From positions 1,488,001-1,552,000 of the forward strand of contig CP089278.1 of NCBI GenBank assembly GCA_023920165.1: 64,000 nucleotides of DNA, given 5' to 3'. The DNA is from Curvularia clavata (lineage: Eukaryota). Each line of letters starts with the position of its first letter. Within the stretch, counting starts at the first letter, position 1. The notes beneath the pieces were generated by a model, which saw only the letters and a list, made by a program, of their open reading frames with translations, made no database searches and was not told the DNA's origin. The position numbers and the translations under genes are program-made. Shown here one piece after another: positions 25,480 through 35,748 of this stretch.

Positions 25480-27030
25480 GGTGGTGGTGGCGCGTCGACG
25501 TTGGTGGTTGTTCGAGGGCGCGGGCGAGGTAGTAGAAGTCGCAGTAGAAAATGTAGATGCAAGAAGCAAAACTGGTTTGGGTTGCAGATGGGCGCTCAGC
25601 GGTAATGTGCTTTTTGTTGATGCGGGACCTTGTTGAGATGCGTGGGCTCGAGCAACCGAAGGCGGAATGCGGTGATGCAAAGTGTACTTGTCAGCCCAGC
25701 GCATTCAAGCGCAAAGGTGATGATGAGATAGGATGGATTGGCTGAGACGTGGCGATTCTTGACGGAGAAAGTGGCTGCAAGTATGACTGTTTGGTGTGGT
25801 TGTTGTCAGTGGCCGCAGGCTGGCGAGGGCAGGATAGTCACTAAAAGCCCAGAATAGCGGCCTTGTTTCAGCAGCAAGTGGTGACGCCGGTGAAGGAATG
25901 TGGGTCTTTTTGGGCCTCAATCGACTTTGTCGAGAGTGTCCCTGTTGTCCTGAAAGGCCGCTTTTGCCTCGTTTTCTGTCGCCCAATGTTTTTTCCAGCC
26001 TCTTGGGCGGTTGGTTGGTCGTCGACTAGCTAGCCCCGTTTTTTTACGAGGCGAGTACAAGAAGAATCGGTGACAGCCCTATCGTCGCCCAAGCAAGATG
26101 CCTTTGGTGCCAGAAGCCCGAGACCGTGCGCAAAACGGGTGGGTGGATAAACGAGTGAGCAAGTACGGACCACGTCAAAGCGGAAGAGGGACCATAAAAT
26201 ACTCTTGTTCGCACGGTTGGGGTAACGAAATGGCTGGTAGCTTGAGACGGGCGGTACTATGGCCAGCTGAAAGTTATGCGCGCGAACTTGTGGAGCGGAG
26301 GAATGATCGTCGCCCACTTGCAGGACTGACTGACCGCTCTTTGGCAACTTGGCGGCCCATCCCTGCAGGTCCCGGCACTGCGAGCCAGCGTTACTTGTGC
26401 ACATGCACACGCGTGATGTTGTGCGTGAACCCTTATGCACGACCCGCCATACTCCCGTGAATACGAGCAAAAAAAGAGTCTACCAGCAAGCAGAATGCTA
26501 TGCCAATTGCCCATTTCCTACAAGAGAAGTGCTCTTCGTGTTCTGTATGAGCCTTAAAGTCGAGAAAAAAAAACATTTCCGTGTGCATCATCCTCTCTTG
26601 TGCAGGCCCACACACACCCTCACATCCCTGTGGCATGAATGGGTCAAAACTGCAGATAAGACGTTCGAGACCAACCGTTGCAAATGCACCTGGCATACTA
26701 TGGCATTCAACAAATCGTGCATACGCCTCGATCGAGGCCGCAGACGCGTTCTTGCATGCCACCTTTGCCCTCTTGAGACTTACATGGAACTTTGTCAAGC
26801 CTCAAATCAGGTGACTGGTCTGGACAGCACACAAGTAGTGGAGAAAATCAATCATATAGCTATCGAGACAACAGGAAGACCAAGGGCCCACCACATACGT
26901 GGCCACCGTTGACGCCAATCTATCACTATGCACTCCTCACCAAATAACCAACCCATTGGGTCTGACAGGCCAGATTCAGAAAACAAACAAGAACAGACTC
27001 GTGTCGAGGCAGCAGCAGAGCGACCAAGCG

Positions 27031-28398
27031 TCAGCCTTTCTTCCTATTTTTACCGCTCTTTCGCCTCCTCTCGCCTCCATGACCACCTCCGCCATCCTTA
27101 ACCGTCGTCTGGGCTTGCACTGGCGTCGCGGAGCTATAGCCCTGCGTAGCCAGAGCTGCATCCGTGTGCGTGTCTTGAGAAACTCCGCCTTTTACCACGC
27201 GTGGTAATGGCATTGGAGTAGAGGCAGATGCTGGAGCTGGAGCTTGAGGAACACGGCGTGGTACTGATGTATAGCTGGCTTCCGAAACCGCCGAGCTTAT
27301 TCTTCGAGTATATGGTGGTTGAGGCGACGTCGGTGATGATGACGAAGAAGTCGGGCTAAAGTTGTGGTACTGGTACGGCTCCACAGGAAACGGGACAAGG
27401 CGCGAAGACTGAATCGAGGATGATCGAGTGCGGGAACCAAGTGGGACATCAGCCTCATGGCCTGATTGTCGAGATGATGTCACATGGTCTGGTAGTGGAG
27501 ACGTTGGAGGTTGATAACCGCACTCTGACTCCGGAAACGAGCCTAGCATATTGACCATAGAGGGAGGGCGCATAGGCGCTGCTACGTGGTAGCCAGTCTC
27601 AGAGTTTGAACGGGGCATTGGGTGCAGAGGCTCATGCTCATGGACCAGACTGCCCTCATATGCATTAATGGGTGCATAAGTAGGTTGACCGTCTGGGCCA
27701 GGTACAATGAAGCCAGATGGTGGTGCATGTCCCTCCGTCGTTGACGCGGTCGATGTACGTTTGTGGCCACTTGATCGTTTTTCTTTCTTGGACTTGGAGC
27801 CAAACATGGACGTTCGCTGTTGGTTTTTCTTCGAGCGCGAAGAAGAAGTGCCAGGCTTGCCAGTGGTCTCATAGCTCAAGACACTGGCAGTATCATTGGG
27901 GAATGAAGCACTGGTAGGTCTAGGCTGCGGGTCGGGTCGTACCGCAGAGGCTCGTGCGCCATGGAGGCGTGATTGATATGCGTCGAGTTCTTCTGCACTG
28001 AGTGAAACATCTGTATTCCCCGCTGCTCTTGCTAGCCGTATCTTGTCAAGAACCCGTCGGAAAAGTATCTCTTCCACTTCAGCCGAGTTGATGGTTTCGC
28101 CCGGTCCGCCAAAGTACTCGTCATGATAGCTTCCATAGCCATGCACAGGCCCGTGCATAGGCTCCGCTACGGCCGATGTCCTGCTCTCCCATGCTCTAAT
28201 ATCCATGTCGTTAAAGTATAACTCATCTGGATTCATATTCTTGCCATTCAACGCCGGCGAAAACTCCTGGTCTATTACAACACCGCCCTTTTCGTCATCA
28301 CTAGACAATTCTTGGAATCTATGCACATCGTCGTCCACCCCCTCAAAGTATCTCCCCACACCCGACGAGCCCCCTGGTGGTCTTCCCCAGTGGGGCAT
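27031..28398 (-). CDS. Hypothetical 455-aa largely disordered protein starting 26 nt downstream of the YIP3 stop
   Basis: Uninterrupted ORF from ATG 28398 (A at -3), with a helical core EEILFRRVLDKIRLARAAGNTDVSLSAEELDAYQSRL and basic NLS-like clusters. Confidence 0.8.
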   Translation of the reverse strand: MPHWGRPPGGSSGVGRYFEGVDDDVHRFQELSSDDEKGGVVIDQEFSPALNGKNMNPDELYFNDMDIRAWESRTSAVAEPMHGPVHGYGSYHDEYFGGPGETINSAEVEEILFRRVLDKIRLARAAGNTDVSLSAEELDAYQSRLHGARASAVRPDPQPRPTSASFPNDTASVLSYETTGKPGTSSSRSKKNQQRTSMFGSKSKKEKRSSGHKRTSTASTTEGHAPPSGFIVPGPDGQPTYAPINAYEGSLVHEHEPLHPMPRSNSETGYHVAAPMRPPSMVNMLGSFPESECGYQPPTSPLPDHVTSSRQSGHEADVPLGSRTRSSSIQSSRLVPFPVEPYQYHNFSPTSSSSSPTSPQPPYTRRISSAVSEASYTSVPRRVPQAPAPASASTPMPLPRVVKGGVSQDTHTDAALATQGYSSATPVQAQTTVKDGGGGHGGERRRKSGKNRKKG

Positions 28399-28424
28399 AG
28401 TGTAAGGAGTTCGCGGCCGACCAC

Positions 28425-28955
28425 CTAGACCGCCTCCTCGGAAAAAGCTGACTCGATGGGCTTGTCCATGAATGCGGCATGGCCCACGACGGTGACACCA
28501 GTTGCTCCGATAAGCCAGAGAACCGTGGTGAAGGGAGAGGCCCACAGGCCGAGAGGAATCGCAATGACGAACAGTGTGGTGTACAGCTGAGAGGTAGTTG
28601 CGCGCCAGCTGCCAATCTCAAGATCGTTACCCTCGAGCTTGCCGATACCGTACATGCCTCCGACGACTAGACAGATGACGAAAAGGAGCATCAGGTTGGT
28701 GAGCAAGCTATAGATGCTGAGCATGACGAAGACGGCAGCATAATTGCTCGAGAAGTAGCCCAAGTTGTAGTTGACTCTGCTCTGGACTTCGCTAAAGTTT
28801 GCGGGCTTGGAGATGCGCTTGACATCGAAAAATTCGCCAATGGGTCGCAGGTTGGCAAAGCGCGAGGAGACGGAGGTGGAACGCAGGCTGTCGAAGCGGC
28901 CGCCAATGTTCATGCGTGAGGTGAGCGCATCGATGGGAATGCTGAAGCGCGACAT
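28425..28955 (-). CDS. YIP3: PRA1 family / prenylated Rab acceptor (Yip3), 176 aa
   Basis: LRPIGEFFD...SKPANFSEVQSRVNYNLGYFSSNY, two long hydrophobic hairpins, ending HAAFMDKPIESAFSEEAV. Confidence 0.93.
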   Translation of the reverse strand: MSRFSIPIDALTSRMNIGGRFDSLRSTSVSSRFANLRPIGEFFDVKRISKPANFSEVQSRVNYNLGYFSSNYAAVFVMLSIYSLLTNLMLLFVICLVVGGMYGIGKLEGNDLEIGSWRATTSQLYTTLFVIAIPLGLWASPFTTVLWLIGATGVTVVGHAAFMDKPIESAFSEEAV

Positions 28956-29035
28956 TGTGGAAAATATGTAGGTTTAAGCGGATGTTCCGGTTCGGAAACG
29001 GTCTTGCGGAGGAACGAGAGTGTGCTGGTAGGCTT

Positions 29036-29149
29036 CTAGATGTTCGGAGTCAGGGTCAGCTGCTGACAGAATGAGAAGACAAGCGGGCTGGAGATGTGTC
29101 CTCAGGGCAAGGTGAGGAGGGGTGTTAATATAGCGGACGGGTGCCTTAC
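29036..29149 (-). other. Probable 5'-UTR intron of YIP3 (114 nt)
   Basis: Donor GTAAGG at 29149, branch-like GCTGAC/CCTGAC, acceptor CATCTAG ending at 29036. No ATG is seen in the upstream exon out to about 29280. Confidence 0.65.
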
Positions 29150-29610
29150 GGGATGGAAAATAGGTGCGAAATACGGGAGAGGCTGACGCGGCGGGGCGTG
29201 AGGGCTGTTGGGCAAGAGAGTGTGATGTAGGGAGAAAGTGGTTGCGTGTCGTCGCCGCTATGGGAACTTTTGTTGGCTCACCCTTCCCCCCTGCCGCGAA
29301 TCTCTGTGGCTCAGGGTCGCGTCGGCCTCACCAAGCCACAGGGCGAACCGTTAGCCCCTTAGCTAGGTTTGCGACGCCTGGGTTTCATTGGAGGATTGGG
29401 AGGCCACCTTGACTTTTATAGAACGCTGGAGCGCAGAGCAAGCAAGTGAGCGCAAATTTATCCCTTTCCAGCCAGCTTGCAACGCAGGCATCTTGTTGAT
29501 TGCAGGCTCAGAGCGATTGGGCCACGTTCCCTTTCTCGAGCGGGCTCACCGCACTGAACATCTGCTCCCCCATTTCCCGCGACCAAGTCCCACGACAAAC
29601 TCGCCCAGCC

Positions 29611-30953
29611 ATGAGATCTCACGCCGTGCTTGCACTGGTGCTGTGCATCTTCGCAGCATTCGCCGCTGCCTGGACAAAAGAGGGTACGTCACCTTTGCCT
29701 GTCCAATTGCACTGTAGACGCTTTCAGCTGCAACTGGCTGCCGAACTATTTGCTGACAGCTTACGCCAGACCATGAAATCTTCCGCCTCCGTGACGAAGT
29801 TGCCAAAGTCGAAGGCCAAAATGTCACCTTCTACGACCTGCTCGGCGTGAAGCCCAACGCGTCTCAGGACCAATTGACCAAAGCCTTCCGCAAGAAGTCG
29901 CGCGAACTTCACCCTGACAAGGCCCGCCAGGCCTTTGTTGCCAACTATGCGAAGAAACACAAGAAGAAGGGTTCCTCTGTCGGCAAGCAGCCCTCCAACA
30001 GGGAGATCGAGGCCCATGTGCAGAAGGTCACGATTGCCTACCAGAGGCTGTCCGTCATCGCAAAGATGCTCCAGGGCCCCGAACGCGAGCGCTACGATCA
30101 CTTCTTGAGGAACGGTTTTCCCGCGTGGAAGGGCTCTGGATACTACTATAACCGCTTCCGTCCTGGCCTTGGCTCAGTCATCTTTGGTCTTCTTACCGTC
30201 TTTGGCGGTGGTTTCCACTACTTTGCCCTCGTCATGGGCTGGAAGCGCCGCAGGGAGTTTGCCGAGAGGTACATTCAACAGGCACGCAAAACTGCGTGGG
30301 GTGATGAGACCGGCGTTCAGGGTATTCCCGGCATCGACGATACTACTGCCCCCGTCAATGCCCAGCAGTTCGAGAACGATTCGCCCGAGGATACCCCTGA
30401 CGAGCAGATTCCCAGGAACCGCCGCGAGAGGCGGGCCATGGAGAAGGATGCCCGCAAGCCCAAGAAGGTCCAAGCTGTGAAAAAGGCACGCACCGACGGC
30501 ATCAGCGCTCCCAAGGAGCCAGAGGTCGTTTCCGGTCCCCAAGGTGCCAAGAAGCGAATTGTCGCTGAGAACGGCAAGATTCTCGTCGTCGATTCTGTCG
30601 GCAATGTGTTTTTGGAACACGAGACTGAGGATGGCCAGAAGGGCGAATTCTTGATTGACGTACGTGCACAACTCTCTCTCTCTCTCTCTTGATATAGTAG
30701 CATATAGACTAACAACCACCAGCCTAACGAGGAACCCAAGCCCACTATCTACGACACTCTCCTCTTCAAGCTCCCCAAGTTCGCCTACAACCAGTCTGTC
30801 GGACGCATCCTTGGCAAGAAGGAATTGGTCGACGAGCCCCTGCTTGACTCTTCCGATCTTCCGGAAGATGAAGCTGCGATTCAAAATGCCACCGCACCTA
30901 ACCTCAACGGCGAGGCAAGGAAGCGCAGAGCCATGCCCAAGAAGGCCAGGTAA
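29611..30953 (+). CDS. ERJ5: ER membrane J-domain protein, Erj5-like (2 introns)
   Basis: Signal peptide MRSHAVLALVLCIFAAFAAAW, then TKE|DHEIF, TFYDLLGV, LHPDK, RERYDHFL, GFPAWKGSGYYY and a TM segment. Confidence 0.88.
30672..30689 (+). repeat. (CT)9 microsatellite in the last intron of the ERJ5-like gene
   Basis: ctctctctctctctctct read directly. Confidence 0.9.
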
Positions 30954-32058
30954 ACAACTTCTATTCTCTAGATTGACTCTCCGCTTGGTGCGAGATTTTG
31001 AAACAAAACTAAAGGTGTTGAGATCTTTCCTTGGTGGCCAATAGACAAAAGTGGGGGGACATGGGCATTAGGATCTTGCCAAGTTGCATGTACAACAAGA
31101 TAGATTTTATCTGAAGCGAGTAAAAATATGACAATCACAACGCAAAGAAAGTGTTGTTTGGTGTTTTCCTCCCAGTCTGCTGCAATTCTTGTAAAATCAT
31201 ATCAAGCATCTCCGCCATGGAGTAAATTCAATTACAGTTCTTTCTTATTTTTTTCCTTGCCCTGCTACTAACTAGCCACAATGCTAAGCAAAGAACATGC
31301 ACAAAGCCTCCTTTGCAACTCCCTTTTGCCACCAACGCCATCCACATACAAGCTAGCATTCTTCAGCCCTTCTTCCACCAGATGTACGAGAAACACTACA
31401 ATGCTTGATAAAGACGAAGAGAGAAAAAAATAGTTTAAAAAAATAATAGACATGGAAACATCTGCATCGTCGACATCCCGGCCAAAATCCATCTATCCGT
31501 GAATGCATTGCAAACGGAGTACAACAGGTGCAAGGAGGGGATGGCATGCCAAAGAAGGCAGATGGGAGGGGGGAAAAGAGGACGGGAGAAGCCAAAAGAA
31601 GAGAGATAAAATAAAACAAAGGGTACAAAGGTATCACAACGGCGGGAGGACGACATCAGCCCACCAAGAAAAAAACGATAGTGGATATGCATGCGGGACT
31701 GAGTACCACGATAACCAGCGCCCTCAAGAGAAAGAGGGAAGCAAAAGAGGAAAACAAAAAACAATCCAAGAGACTTTGCACTGTGGGGTTCTGCAGCTCT
31801 TTTTTACGTCCGTCGCTCTGCCATTCTTACAATCTCTTATGCTCATTCTTTTCCTCTTTTTCTCACCTCTTTTTCGCACGCACTCGTCTCTCGAAGTCGA
31901 TAGTAATCTCCTACCGTTGATGCAGACATATTCAGCCACGTTCTCGCATGTTCCATACCTGCCGCACACGCAACACGATACACGCCCAATGGATGCCGTC
32001 TGAATACGCCGCTGTCGCTCGGCACGCGCTGCTTCGCCGGCTGCTGCTCGAGATCCAT

Positions 32059-33261
32059 CTAAAATCGTTCTGTTCCATTGTTGCCGTGGTTTTCAAACAG
32101 GTCTTCCAGATATCCGCTGGGAGTGCGACCACCAGGGACGTTGGTGCCGCCAGGAACGTTGAGCGAGAGTTGGCTGGTGTTGTTGTCTTGGCCAAAGACA
32201 CCGCTTCTTGTGTTCCCCGGCTGGCTAAGGGTTGCAACACTGTTGCGGTTGTACACGGAAAGGCCCTCTCGCGATGGAGGTGCGCGTGGGTATCCTCCAC
32301 GTGAAGGGGGGAGTGAAGGCGACTCCGGTGGTGAGATACCGGATCTTGTGCTGAAGCGGTTTCCTGGTGTTGACAGAGACGTGACAGACAGGCTGTTGGG
32401 ATTCTGACCGCCTACGTGCATTTGAGGGGATCCAGCAGCAGCCGCTGAGGTACCGGCGGCATAGTATCCGGCGGGAAGGTAGGTTGAGGAGCGGTTGACC
32501 ATTGAGTCCCGCATACCAGCAGCGCCACCAGCGGTAGGAGAAAAGAAGAGAGTAGAAACCGGTCGTTGCGCTGCGCTGCCGGGAGGGCCAGTGAAAGGCT
32601 TGGCCGACTTGCCAATTGGCGCGGCATTTAAGCGATCCAGAGACATGGTGGAATTTGCACCCACAACATTGTACATCCCCCGCTTGTTAGGCAGAGTTGA
32701 CATGGACTTGACATCAGCCATGTTTTGCGTCATTGCTGCACGCTTGACGGAGCGATGCAGTGACCATGCAACGAGACCACGCCATGCCATCAATGCCGCG
32801 CCGAAGAAGGCGAGGATAGCACCAACACAGATGAAGACTGTTCCATCGGGAAGGTTGGATTTCTGCATAAAGGCTGCGCCAGATGTGTCTGGAATCTTTG
32901 GGATAGGGATATTCAGACCGGCTATCGTGGGGGCTCCGGCAAGCTGGAAGACACTTGTAGATCCGGTCTGTACCGTCGTTGTCGCCGCAGCCGTGGTCTC
33001 TGACTTGGTCGTATCTGTGGACTGAGCTTTTGCGGTCGTCGCGGTCGTAGTCTGTGTAGTCTTGTCATTGGCGGCTGTCGTTGTAGCCTGGGTAGTCTTC
33101 TCGGTGGGAGCGGTTGTCGTAGCCGCGTTGTCCGTCGGCTTCGCAGTCGCTGTATCGGGCGCGTTATCATTATTGTTGTTGTTATTATTGTTGTTGGCCT
33201 GGGCAAGCACAGCTGGAGCAGCTACGAGCAGCAAGCCGACGATGCCTACGGAAGGACGCAT
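32059..33261 (-). CDS. Type I membrane protein, CSI2-like (signal peptide, poly-Asn, Thr-rich ectodomain, single TM)
   Basis: MRPSVGIVGLLLVAAPAVLAQ, Asn run, Thr/Ala-rich region, then PDGTVFICVGAILAFFG, LFFSPT and RTPSGYLEDL. Confidence 0.8.
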   Translation of the reverse strand: MRPSVGIVGLLLVAAPAVLAQANNNNNNNNNDNAPDTATAKPTDNAATTTAPTEKTTQATTTAANDKTTQTTTATTAKAQSTDTTKSETTAAATTTVQTGSTSVFQLAGAPTIAGLNIPIPKIPDTSGAAFMQKSNLPDGTVFICVGAILAFFGAALMAWRGLVAWSLHRSVKRAAMTQNMADVKSMSTLPNKRGMYNVVGANSTMSLDRLNAAPIGKSAKPFTGPPGSAAQRPVSTLFFSPTAGGAAGMRDSMVNRSSTYLPAGYYAAGTSAAAAGSPQMHVGGQNPNSLSVTSLSTPGNRFSTRSGISPPESPSLPPSRGGYPRAPPSREGLSVYNRNSVATLSQPGNTRSGVFGQDNNTSQLSLNVPGGTNVPGGRTPSGYLEDLFENHGNNGTERF

Positions 33262-34159
33262 TGTGTAAGGTGGTACAGCGGATGTTGAGTAATGACGCGC
33301 AGCTGAGAGAGCTGAAAAGGGTTCAGGAGACCCTGCGCGGATCAAGCGATTGTCGTAATTCGAGGCACAGAGTTTCAGGAAGCGTTAGAGGACGAGCGAT
33401 GTAAGGTGGAGGCAAGGATGGTCCAGTGGCAGAGAGTATCGATAGGATGGAGAAGCGCCGAAACGAGTGACGGGATGAGCACAAGGGAGAGAGAGTGAGC
33501 ACAGGTTGCTGGCAGAGTGGGCTGAATATGGGGAGGTGACCAGGGGCGGAGTCCACAGGACCCGCGGGGGCAAAACGCAGTCTGAGCGCCTGATTCGCGT
33601 AGTGTTGTGAGGACAGCCGAGCGACTGAAATGCGGAATGGCAACGATGGGGCTCTTGCTGCCGTTTCGAAAGGCCGCAGCGCTGGACGTGACGATAGTCG
33701 GAAGTGTTTTGACAGGTCGCACGGTGTTGACGTCGCCTTGCCCTCGTTGCTGGTCCAGGGCAGGGCTGCGGGCGAAAAGCAAAAGTATGCAGGGCGTAGT
33801 GACAGGCCGGCGCCAGAGGCCAGGTACATTGCTTCTATTCTGGGCCCTGCGCGTGATTTGCCTGTCCGCCACTAGGCCCTAGTGCCGAATCGCGTCCGCC
33901 GGGGCGCGCTCGTGCTGCTATTGGCTACAGTTCCGAATATTCCGAGTGGTTCCGGCAGCTCGAAGTCTTGGCATCAAAAAGTTAGGAATCGCGCTAGCAG
34001 TGGACGTCTCGAGCACCACCAGAACGCCAGCTTCTTGCACCTACCCCAGTGGTACCGCCCCTCTCTATCGCAGAGCAAGCAGTACAGCTCGATATCCTAC
34101 GCTTTGACTGCAAACGTGTTCAGTCGATTGATCCGAAGACACATCCATTCGCCGCCATC

Positions 34160-34951
34160 ATGGGTGTCGCAAAGAAGACTCGCAAGTTTGCGACAACTAA
34201 GAGAATCATCGGTATGCTCCTTTTGGACTTGCAAAACTATGGAATCAAAAGAGACTGACTTTGACTCGCTCCTAGGGCAACGCGATGCGAGATTGTATGC
34301 GACAGGACGCTCCACCACCCCGCCACTCGTACGCTAACCACTGCTCTTTAGAAAGAAGAACCAGATGGCTGGAGAAATAGAGGCAAAGAAGAAGGAAGAA
34401 GAGAACAAAGCGAAGCGCGAAATGTATGCCTCTACTCTCTAACCCGCAAGCACGTGCGCGGGAAGGATTGCTTGTAGAATACACAGCTAACACCACCCCT
34501 TAGTCCACAAGTCTCATCGGCCCTCTTCTTCCAAGCCAACACCGCCCTCGGTCCCCCCTACTCCGTCCTCGTCGACACCAACTTCCTCTCACACACTGTT
34601 CACGCCAAGCTGGAGCTCGATAAAGCCCTCATGGACCTTCTCTACGCCAAAGCCACGCCCATCATAACCACGTGCGTCATGGCCGAGCTGGAGAAGCTCG
34701 GCCCCAAGTACCGAATCGCGCTGCGCATTGCGCGCGACGAGCGCTGGCAGCGTCTCAAATGCGACCACAAGGGAACCTATGCCGACGACTGTATCGTCGA
34801 TCGCGTTCAGAAGCACAGGATTTACCTTGTTGCGACCAACGATAGAGATCTGAAGAGAAGGCTTAGGAAGATTCCCGGTGTGCCGATCGTTAGTGTGGCA
34901 AAGGGTAAGTATGTTATTGAGAGGTTACCGGATGTGCCAGATAGCCATTAG
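34160..34951 (+). CDS. FCF1: rRNA-processing PIN-domain endonuclease Fcf1/Utp24 (3 introns)
   Basis: MGVAKKTRKFA, GPPYSVLVDTNF, CVMAELEKLG, HKGTYADDC, VATNDRDLKRR. Confidence 0.96.
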
Positions 34952-35748
34952 ATGCGAAGGACGCTTCATCAATGGGTATGGCGAAGGAGGCAAAATGAAA
35001 ACGAAAGAAGGAGGTGGGTGATTTCGGTTCTTTGCATAGCGCCCGGCGTTTAGGAATGGGTGATTTTGGAATATAGGTTTAGCTGCTTGTAAGCAAACTT
35101 GATCAGAATGGCAGGCAGTGATAGACGCCTCGACGAACGAAGAATCCTTTTTGGCCTGGTGTGTCCATGTTAGCGATCTATGAACACAATGCACAAGCAA
35201 AACTAAAGCAAGTTTCCAGTAGCAAACAAAAAAAGCAAAAATCAAGCTGTTCAACTCCCCTCGCGCCCCAGCTGCCCGAAACCTGCCTTCCGGATCGAAC
35301 TTTACGGTTCTACACTATATTCGAACTCTTGGTAGTTCTATGGCCGACAAGCGCCTTCTCAGCTTGCAGCCCAAATACCTGTTACGAGTTATAGGCAAAC
35401 AGACTCAATGGTAAACGTGACACGCATGCGGCCATTACAACCTGTAACGTTTGAAATGATGATATTTGATCAGGCAAGGTATGAGCACTCGTCTAGCTCC
35501 AGGACACCAGCTTCCTCCACCAATTGACACAGACATGCAAGATACCCCTAATACAGTCCGGCTTTCCCACGCACCAAATGCAACGTCTCATCTACAATAT
35601 GCAAAGAGAGTCTATAGACCAGCTGCCCCCGATGCAAATGCAACACAACTTGCTCAACAATGCCGAACGCTCCAAGCGTAAAGAAAGACAATCAGGAGAA
35701 GAAAGGTTGGAGTGGACAAAGGAGAAGAAAAGAAAAGAAAAAGGCTGT

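Noticed and set aside
28300..28427. Stop-codon readthrough fusing YIP3 to the downstream ORF
   Set aside because: Readthrough stays in the YIP3 frame, which differs from the downstream ORF frame, and the TAG-GTG context is not a known readthrough motif.
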